Shown here one piece after another: positions 54,151 through 62,019 of a stretch of DNA of 64,000 bases (its first letter is position 1; every line of letters starts with the position of its first letter). The notes under the pieces were generated by a model. That model was not told the DNA's origin, did not search any database, and worked only from the letters and a program-made list of their open reading frames with translations. The stretch is from a virus (Duplodnaviria; Caudoviricetes), in IMG/VR virus record IMGVR_UViG_2700988794_000001, positions 1 to 64,000 of that record; one strand, given 5' to 3'. Made by a program: the position numbers and the translations under genes.

Positions 54151-55619
54151 ATGCGCATGAATGACATGGTCACAAACGTAGGGAATTCTACGCCGCTAGT
54201 GGGCTCACTCGGCGGCTGGCTCTACGTGCCTTACGATGTCATCGGCGACTATGCCGCCCTGCATCGGGAGAAGACGGCCTTAACCTATCTCCCGAAATTC
54301 GCAGAGACAGACAATGACACAGTTCGCCTATATGAAGATGTCCCTCGCCGCAGGGTTCTCGGCGTTCCGCGCGCTTACGGCCTGGAGCGCTTTGGTCATC
54401 TGCTCAACCCGCGAGACCTCCGTACCTTTGGCGAGCGTATGGGTCCGATCCCGCGTCTTCCAAGTCCAGATCATCCAAGCGTAAAAGACCCGCATGCGCA
54501 GGCCAAGTTTATGGCCGACCTCGAAGCCGCCGCCCGCCAGCACTTTCACTTTCTGGCAGAGGCACCGACCGGCTCCGGCAAGACCGTGTGCGCTATCCGC
54601 ACCGCTGCCGTGATCGGGCGCAAGACCGTGGTTAACGTCCACCTGGAGCGTCTTCTAGGCCAGTGGATGGACGAGATACACAACAAGACCGGCCTCCCCT
54701 ACGACCGCATCGGAATGGTGCAGGGCGACAAGTGGGATTGGCGTGATAAAGATTTCGTAGTGGCGATGATGCCCACGTTGGCCTCGCAGAATGGTCGCAT
54801 CGATCCGGCCTTCTTCCAGTCCTTCGGCACGGCTATCTATGACGAAGTGCACAGGGTCGGCGCTCCCATGCTTGGGCAGACGGCGCACCTCTACCCGGCT
54901 CACTATCGTTGGGGCTTCTCCGCCACGCTATACCGCAAGGACGGCGGCGAACGGACCTTCTACTGGCACATTGGGCCGGTGCGCGTGACCTCCCAGGCCG
55001 CTGCCCTGCCGATGACGGTCTACGTCAAGAAGTACACCGCATACGGAAAGCTATGGGGCAAGAACCACGGAAGCCGGATGCAGTGCCTGTCGCAGGATTG
55101 GTCCCGGAACCAATTGCTGGTGGTCTTCATCCGCCGCTTGCATCGCGCCGGGCGTCAGACGCTGATCGTCGGCGACAGTGTTCAACATCTACAGCACCTG
55201 ATGGACCTTTGCGCCCAGGCAGGTGTTTCCCGTGAAGACATGGGACAGTTTACGAGCGAGCGGCACATACTTCAGGAGTACGTGAACGAAAAAGGGGAAA
55301 AGAAGACACGGGTTCGGAAAATCAAGATCAAGCCGGAAGAACTGGATGCCGTTAAAGAGAACGCGCAACTGATCTTTGCCACGTATGGATGATGACGGAA
55401 GGTATCGACATACCCCGTCTCGACGCTGGCATCGACGTGCTACCACGAGGAGACGCAACACAACTTATTGGCCGCATTCGTCGGCCACGCCCTGGAAAGC
55501 CAGAACCTGTCTGGATCACCCTACTCGATACCAAATGCTTTATGAGCAAGAAGTATTTTGAGCGCAGGTGCAAGGACTATCAGGCTACCGGTGCGATAAT
55601 CAGAGAAGGTGCAATATAA
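54151..55619 (+). CDS. SF2 helicase (UvsW-like; indel near 55388)
   Basis: APTGSGKT, DEVH, SAT, EGIDIP.LD, Q.IGRI.R. Confidence 0.88.
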
Positions 55620-56095
55620 TGACCGCCGCCGCAGCAACTGACAAGACTTATAAGGATCGCAATGCGCGCCGCCGTGCTCGCTATGCGGAAGACCCTGCCT
55701 ATCGCCAGAGCATCATCGAACGTGAGCGCTCGAAGCGCACCACGGTCGTGACTGACTGCCGGGAGAATTTGGCCCACCTCGAAACGTTTGGCCACGTCCG
55801 CGAATACCACAAGCCGAATGGCGTGGTTGACACGGGCCTGACCTTCACCATCGAAGAAGCCGCCTCCGCCATGGGCCGGACACCGAAGAGCCTCTACAAA
55901 TATTATAGCAAGGACATGTTCCCTCGCCCGGTCTATACCGTGAAGGGTCCGACTGGCCTTGTGCAGGAGGCTTACACCGAAACGCAGATGCGCGCCCTGA
56001 TCAACGTCTTCGGCGCTCACCTCGCAGAAACGCCATACTACGGCGTCTACCACAAGCAGACCAGAGCAGCCCTCTTCGGCTGTATCGGTCAGTAA
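55619..56095 (+). CDS. HTH DNA-binding protein (MerR/excisionase-like)
   Basis: FTIEEAASAMGRTPKSLYKY...FPRP...YT..Q. Confidence 0.6.
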   Translation: MTAAAATDKTYKDRNARRRARYAEDPAYRQSIIERERSKRTTVVTDCRENLAHLETFGHVREYHKPNGVVDTGLTFTIEEAASAMGRTPKSLYKYYSKDMFPRPVYTVKGPTGLVQEAYTETQMRALINVFGAHLAETPYYGVYHKQTRAALFGCIGQ

Positions 56096-56106
56096 CAGGA
56101 GCAGTC

Positions 56107-56499
56107 ATGTCCACGGGAGATTTGACGGTGCGCACTCGTAACAGGGTGCCACCGCCGGAACCACAAGCCGCCCCTCGGAGGGCTGTCAACCTCCACGTCG
56201 AACCGGAATTGGTCATCCACGAAGGTTCGGTCCAGGTCAGTCGCGTCATGTACGGCGTCGAGACCGAGAGCGTCAACGAGAAGGTCGCCGTGCCGATCTT
56301 TCACACCGCTCCGGCTCGCGTCCGCATCAGCGGCGGCATCACCAAGAACCTCGGCGACTATAATAGCGCCCGGTTTGATGTCTCGATGGAGCTTCCCTGC
56401 TATCCGGAAGACAGCGAGATCGACAGAACGAAGAGCTACATATCGGCCAAGGTCGAGCAGTATCTTCTGGAAGAAATGGAACAAGCCGGAGTGCCATAA
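56107..56499 (+). CDS. conserved phage hypothetical protein
   Basis: TKNLGDYNSARFDV; AGGAG RBS. Confidence 0.65.
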   Translation: MSTGDLTVRTRNRVPPPEPQAAPRRAVNLHVEPELVIHEGSVQVSRVMYGVETESVNEKVAVPIFHTAPARVRISGGITKNLGDYNSARFDVSMELPCYPEDSEIDRTKSYISAKVEQYLLEEMEQAGVP

Positions 56500-56500
56500 G

Positions 56501-57681
56501 ATGACTGAAGTCCGTTCCCGTAGCCGTCCCGCTGCCGCACCTGCCGCCGTGCAACCTGTTGCACCGACCATCGCCACACCCGCCTACAATCGTGGCGAGT
56601 TGGCTGGCGTCCTGAAGGCCGTCAACAAGAGCCATGGCGAGGGCATCATCTCCCGTGGCAACGTCAAGCCCGTGATCGAGCATATCCCCACCGGCATCTT
56701 TGCGCTCGACATGGCGACCTTCGGCGGCATCCCGCAGGGCCTTGTGACGCTGCTCTACGGCTGGGAAAGCTCCGGCAAGACGACACTCTCCATGAAGGCC
56801 ATCGCGGGCGCTCAGAAGAAGTACCCGTCGAAGGCTGTCACGGTTATCGACATCGAAGGCACCTTCGATATGAATTGGGCTCGCAACGGCCACGGCGTCG
56901 ATACCGACAGTCTGGTCTACGTCAGCCCGTCCTCTGGCGAGCAGGCGCTGGATATCGCCGATGGCATCTTGCGTGCCGAGGAGACCTCGCTGATCCTGGT
57001 GGATAGCTTGGCCGCGCTCATCCCCACCAAGGAACTGGAGAAGAGCTTCGAAGACGGCGTCGTCGGCGAGCAGGCGCGTCTGATCGGTCGCTTCGTCCGC
57101 AAGGTGCAGCAAGCCGTCCTGGAAGAACGTCGCCGTGGGCACGCTCCTGCCATCATCCTGGTCAACCAGTGGCGCTACAAGGTCGGCGTCATGCACGGCG
57201 ATCCTCGCACCCTTCCGGGCGGCATGGCGCAGCACTACGTGGCCGGTCTCAAGATCGATATCAAGAACAAGGAAAAAGCCGGTCGCGATGATCGTAACAT
57301 CGAAGTGATCGACTACAACGAGCACTCGTTCACCATCGCCAAAAACAAGATGGGCAACGGCATCCGCACGGGTGAGTTCGAGATGATCCGCAACCCGTCG
57401 CATTGGCTCGGGCCGGGCTTCATTGACGACGCCAAGACCGTTGTCTCCTACGCCATCAAGATGGGCCTTGTCGGCGGCTCCGGGGTCGCTACACCTTTGA
57501 CGGCCTCCCCAATGAGACCTTCCGCAAGTACGATGACATCGCCGAATACATGTACCAAGACCTGGACTTCTTCGACGCCACCAAGCATCGCCTGATCTCG
57601 CTTCAGCGCATTGCTTCCGGCCTCGAAGGCACGGGCTGGTACGTACCGGAAAGCCAGCAACTCTTGCAGGCCGCAGAATGA
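56501..57681 (+). CDS. recA: RecA-like recombinase (indel near 57485)
   Basis: IPTG..ALD, YGWESSGKTT, VDSLAAL, QARL, NQWR.KVG, KNK. Confidence 0.9.
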
Positions 57682-57806
57682 GGGGCTACATCGGTATCAT
57701 CGTTGTCATGGTCGGCGTCAGCGTCGGCCTTGTCACCCTCAAGTATAGCGCTTGCCGATACGAGAACCTCGGCAGGCTCTACTGCGCTTTCCAGAGCATC
57801 CGCTGA
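57678..57806 (+). CDS. 42 aa membrane peptide (not in ORF track)
   Basis: ATGA and TGATG coupling at both ends; MRGYIGIIVVMVGVSVGLVTLK. Confidence 0.55.
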   Translation: MRGYIGIIVVMVGVSVGLVTLKYSACRYENLGRLYCAFQSIR

Positions 57807-58171
57807 TGGCCCTCGCAACTCCCAAGCGGCTGCAAGCGCCGACACCCTCACATGCCCGCTCCAAGGTGCAGGAGAAGACGCAAGCCAAGCGCGTCGGCGG
57901 CAAGGTCACTACCGGCTCTGGCAACAAATATGAGAAGGGCGATGTCCGACTGAAAGGTGTCGCCCGGATCGAAGCCAAGACCACGAAGAACTCCAGCTAC
58001 AGCGTCACCAAAGAGACGATCCGCAAGCTGGAAGACGCGTGCTTCGGAGCGGGGGAAATCCCGATCCTCCACGTCGAGCTTGAGCTTGGCAACTGCAAGT
58101 TTGTCGTCATGCCAGATTATGCCCTGGACATGGTTCTGGACGTACTGAGGGAAAAGAATGGCACTGCTTAG
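57806..58171 (+). CDS. PD-(D/E)xK nuclease, Holliday-junction resolvase-like
   Basis: QEK..AK..GG, GSG, KGDV, IEAKTT. Confidence 0.7.
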   Translation: MALATPKRLQAPTPSHARSKVQEKTQAKRVGGKVTTGSGNKYEKGDVRLKGVARIEAKTTKNSSYSVTKETIRKLEDACFGAGEIPILHVELELGNCKFVVMPDYALDMVLDVLREKNGTA

Positions 58172-59089
58172 GAACATTGTCCGGGCCGCACAGGGCAGCA
58201 CAGCAGCCAGGGAGGGCCAACCAATGACGGGATACCCGTGGCCCCTCGCGGCCTCATGCCACGCATGCCGACGATCCCTGATGACTACATTAAGGAAACC
58301 GTCAAGCGCCTGGACAACGCTCCGCAGGCGTCCCGGCTCAACCACCCAGGCTATGTGCACGTCTCCTCCCTGATCAACGTCTGTGCCCGGCAATACGCCC
58401 TCGCACACCGCTACCAAGTCGAGGTGATGGAAGCTAGCCCGACCGGCGGTCACCGTGTCATGTGGAAGATCGGGCGCGCTGTCGAAAAGCATGTCCGGTC
58501 GCAGTTCATCGTTGGGCAGGGCCGTCAAGGTATCTATGGCGTCTGGAAGTGCATGTGCGGTCGCATCGACCATCTCGGCATGTTCCCCGCCCGCACATGT
58601 AACTATTGTGGAGAGCAGGCCACCAAGTATTGCGAGCCTGTTCTTCATGATGACGAGAACAAGATCGTCGGTTCGCCGGATATCACCTTCCTCGTCGGGC
58701 GCTATTACTTCGTGCCGGTCGAACTGAAGTCTATGAACAAGACGGATTGGGATGCGCTCGAAGCGCCAGTGCCCGATCATATCGCCCAGGCGGCAATGTA
58801 TCGGCACCTCTACTCTATCAAGGGCTACCACGTTCACGACAACGTGAAATTCGTCTACACGACCAAGGACTTCAAATGGGGTGATCCCTATAAAGAGTAT
58901 CAGGTCGATTGCACCCAAGAAGCCGTCGTCAACGTGGTTAACGCCATGGTCGAAGCGGCTCGCCGTATCAGGGTGTCGGGCGAGACCCGCACCTTGCCAA
59001 ATCGTACCGTGTGCCGGACGGCGGGCAATTCCCGCGCCAAGGCTTGCCCGGTCGCACACCTTTGTTTCTCTATGGGAGAGAGCCAGTGA
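58158..59089 (+). CDS. Cas4-like PD-(D/E)xK exonuclease (indel near 58225)
   Basis: SSL..C.R, GSPD, ELKS, Q...Y, C-terminal cysteines. Confidence 0.7.
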
Positions 59090-59688
59090 ACAACGACATA
59101 TACGCACAGTTCCTCCGGTCATCGCAGCCGGTCGAGGGCTATGAGCATGGCATGACCGTCATGGGTATCGATCCGAGCCCGAACAACACAGGCATCGCTA
59201 TCCTCTCGATGGGCAGGATCAAGTTCTTCACCATCGGTTGGGGAACCGAGGTCAATCAGGTGGAACGGCTGGCGCTCTTCAGCGAGGAGATCGACGGCAT
59301 CTTGAGCCGCTACGAGCCGAAGGCTATCGCCATTGAGGGCTACTCGTTCGCCTCCAAGTTCTCGCAGTCGCACAAGCTTGGCGAACTCGGCGGCACGATC
59401 AAGCTGGCGATCCGGCGCTACTCGAAGCAGACCAACGCCCCGCTGATCATCACCCCGCCGACGACCCTGAAGCAGTTCGTTCGCGGCATCGGCAAGGGCA
59501 GCAAAGCGGACATGCTCAAGGACGCCAAAGCCCGCTGGGAATTTAAAACATCTCAAAACGACGAAATCGACGCGGGTGCACTTGCATTTGTAGCCGCCAC
59601 GGTGCAGTACCGTGCAGACCAAAAATTCGGTCATGTCCTCTTCCACGATGGGAAGGGCAAGGGAGGGGTGGAAGTCTTTAAGTGGTGA
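59086..59688 (+). CDS. RuvC-like resolvase
   Basis: MGIDPS..TG, IAIEGY, PTTLKQF, DEIDA. Confidence 0.8.
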   Translation: MNNDIYAQFLRSSQPVEGYEHGMTVMGIDPSPNNTGIAILSMGRIKFFTIGWGTEVNQVERLALFSEEIDGILSRYEPKAIAIEGYSFASKFSQSHKLGELGGTIKLAIRRYSKQTNAPLIITPPTTLKQFVRGIGKGSKADMLKDAKARWEFKTSQNDEIDAGALAFVAATVQYRADQKFGHVLFHDGKGKGGVEVFKW

Positions 59689-59718
59689 TATTTTGTTGCA
59701 ACTTGTTGCAGCGAGGTG

Positions 59719-59747
59719 TTGACAAAGGATTATTCCTCCCTTAGATT
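59719..59747 (+). promoter_or_regulatory. promoter, AAGGA-spacer class
   Basis: TTGACA AAGGATTATTCCTCCCT TAGATT. Confidence 0.75.
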
Positions 59748-59794
59748 GCAGTTGTGAAGTGAAGATTGGAAGCCAACAAATGGAGGTTTTACCT

Positions 59795-61150
59795 ATGGCA
59801 TCCGAGTACAAGCAAGGCGACATTGTCGCGTTCAAAGACTACGAAGACAGCGCCAAGGCGGCTGAAGGTTTTGTGGCCATCCTGGAACCCGGCCAGACCC
59901 TTCGGATCGAAAAGGTCGGCGATGACGGTTCTCTGATCGTCGTTGCGATTGACGAGGAAGGCGCTGCCATTCTCGGCGACGACAACAAGCCGGTCGCAGA
60001 TCAGGTGTTCCCGGAAGAAGTCGAAGAACTCGCTGGCGACGAAGCCACCGAAGAAACCGACACGGACGGCGCATCCGCCACCGACGCCGCCACGGCTGAA
60101 GAAGCCGCTCCGGCCAAGACCGAAGCCCCGGCCCCGGCTGGCAAGCGTGCCGCTGGAACCGGCAAGGCAAAGCCCGCTGCTGCCGTGAAGGAAAAGGCAC
60201 CTACCGCCGCCGAGAAGAAGGCGAAGGAAAAGGCCGACGCCAAGGCGGCTGCTGAAAAGGCAAAGGCTGACGCCGCTGCCAAGAAGCTCGCCGACAAGGA
60301 AGCTGCCGACAAGGCCAAGGCGGACGCCAAGGCTGCGAAGGAAGCCGAGAAGCAGAAGAAGGCCGAAGCCAAGCTGGCAACGCCGGACAATGATGACCCG
60401 CTGATGATCCGGGTGGACGAGACCAAGACGGTCACCGAAATCCTGAAGGACCAGTCGGCTCTCGAAGCGGCCAAGATGCTGGTCAATCGTTCGGAGCAGA
60501 CCGACTTCACCCTCGGCGGCGTTCTGCACAACATCTACGTGACCGGCGCGTTCAAGTCGATTGGCTACGACGGCAAGCGCGGCTTCTCCGACTACGTGGA
60601 AAGCGAACTCGGCGTTCAGTACCGCAAGGCGCGCTACCTGATCACCATCTACACCACGTTCGCCCAGGTGTTCCGCGCCAAGGGTATCACGGAAGACGAC
60701 CTCCTGAAGCTCGGCTGGTCGAAGGCCAAGGAACTCGCCCGTATCCCGGTCAACAAGCTGGTCGAAGACTACGACAAGCTCATCGCCATGGCCGTGGACA
60801 AGGAGAAGTCCCGCGACGATCTCATCGCGCACATCAAGGACAACTACGAAGTCGTCCAGCGTGAAGAAACCGTCAAGGCCATCGACCTGAAGTTCCGTCT
60901 GGTCGCCGACGCCGCTGACGTGGTCAATCAGGCCCTGGAAAAGGCCAAGGGTCTCGTCGGCGAAGGCGCTGACCTCAACAAGGCCCTGGAATACATGGCT
61001 GGCGATTGGCTGAACACAGCCGCAAGCGAAACGACGATGACGCTCCAGTCGTTGATCGACTTGGCTTCGGCTCAGTTCGGTGTTACCCTGGTCGCCGCCG
61101 AGGAAGGTTCCACTTCGGAAGCCGGTGAAGTAGCCGAACAGGCCGCTTAA
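59795..61150 (+). CDS. hypothetical protein with Ala/Lys-rich linker and probable DNA-binding C-terminal domain
   Basis: AK repeats; FSDYVESELGVQYRKARYLI...LGWSKAKEL. Confidence 0.65.
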   Translation: MASEYKQGDIVAFKDYEDSAKAAEGFVAILEPGQTLRIEKVGDDGSLIVVAIDEEGAAILGDDNKPVADQVFPEEVEELAGDEATEETDTDGASATDAATAEEAAPAKTEAPAPAGKRAAGTGKAKPAAAVKEKAPTAAEKKAKEKADAKAAAEKAKADAAAKKLADKEAADKAKADAKAAKEAEKQKKAEAKLATPDNDDPLMIRVDETKTVTEILKDQSALEAAKMLVNRSEQTDFTLGGVLHNIYVTGAFKSIGYDGKRGFSDYVESELGVQYRKARYLITIYTTFAQVFRAKGITEDDLLKLGWSKAKELARIPVNKLVEDYDKLIAMAVDKEKSRDDLIAHIKDNYEVVQREETVKAIDLKFRLVADAADVVNQALEKAKGLVGEGADLNKALEYMAGDWLNTAASETTMTLQSLIDLASAQFGVTLVAAEEGSTSEAGEVAEQAA

Positions 61151-61207
61151 TCAGGCGGGGGAGGGGAGGTGGTTAGCCTCCATTCTCCTCTCCCCTCCCA
61201 TACATAG

Positions 61208-61228
61208 GCCCGCTTCGGCGGGCTTTTT
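61208..61228 (+). terminator. intrinsic terminator
   Basis: GCCCGC-TTCG-GCGGGC-TTTTT. Confidence 0.9.
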
Positions 61229-61253
61229 CTTTGCAACTTGTTGCACTTAGCTG

Positions 61254-61282
61254 TTGCCAAAGGAACGGTTCTACGTTAGATT
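61254..61282 (+). promoter_or_regulatory. promoter, AAGGA-spacer class
   Basis: TTGCCA AAGGAACGGTTCTACGT TAGATT. Confidence 0.75.
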
Positions 61283-61310
61283 ATAAACATCGAAACGGAG
61301 AACCACCGCA

Positions 61311-61901
61311 ATGAACACCCCCACTACTGCAAAGCATCTCCAGGGCGTAATGCACCTCCTCCCGGCCAAGGACCAGTCCTTCGCGAAGAGCCTGATCAGC
61401 GCCCGTAACCCGACCGAGAAGCAACTCTTCTGGATCGGCAAGCTGTTCGACCGCGCCGTAGGTGCCGAGTGCAAGCCGGAGCGCGAGACCGCCACGGTCG
61501 GCGACATGGCTGGCATCAACGCAATGTTCGACCGCATCGGCAAGACCAAGCTCCGCCGCCCGGCTATCGTGCTCCACACCGACTACTGCGGAGATGTCCG
61601 CCTCAACGTCGCCGGTCCCGGTGCCCAGGTGCCCGGCTCGATCAACGTGGTCGCTGTCGATGGCGGACAGTGGTTCGGTCGCGTCACCAAGTCTGGCGTG
61701 TTCGAGAAGTCCTTCAAGCATGAGACGCCCGACAGTGTCGTGGACATCCTCCGCGAGTTCGCCGCCGAGCCCCTGGAGGTTGCGGCTCGCCACGGCAAGC
61801 TGACAGGCCGCTGCTGCTTCTGCAACCACGGTCTGAAAGACCCGAAGTCCACCGCCCGTGGCTACGGCCCTATTTGTGCTCGTGCCTGGGTTGGGGCGTA
61901 A
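61311..61901 (+). CDS. DUF6011-domain protein
   Basis: CCFCNHGLKDPKSTARGYGPIC; CGGAGAACCACC RBS. Confidence 0.7.
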   Translation: MNTPTTAKHLQGVMHLLPAKDQSFAKSLISARNPTEKQLFWIGKLFDRAVGAECKPERETATVGDMAGINAMFDRIGKTKLRRPAIVLHTDYCGDVRLNVAGPGAQVPGSINVVAVDGGQWFGRVTKSGVFEKSFKHETPDSVVDILREFAAEPLEVAARHGKLTGRCCFCNHGLKDPKSTARGYGPICARAWVGA

Positions 61902-62019
61902 GCCCTTCCTCACGGTGAAACTTGTTGCACTCGAATTTTGTTGCCTACATATGTTGACCTGTATATAGTGGTACGCTGGGAACGGCACCCACCACATACA
62001 GACATCATTGGAGCAATGG

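Larger units (their letters stand above)
30..61929. repeat. dispersed palindrome TGCAAC-N1/2-GTTGCA, about 33 copies
   Basis: 29 perfect and 4 one-mismatch copies found by eye (positions under findings). Confidence 0.95.

Noticed and set aside
58158-59089. Cas4 as part of a CRISPR-Cas system
   Set aside because: No array or other cas genes; stand-alone Cas4-like nucleases are common in phage recombination modules.
30-61929. Palindrome as CRISPR repeat, REP element or canonical parS
   Set aside because: Copies are kilobases apart, only 13-16 bp, often in frame within genes, and differ from the parS consensus TGTTTCACGTGAAACA.
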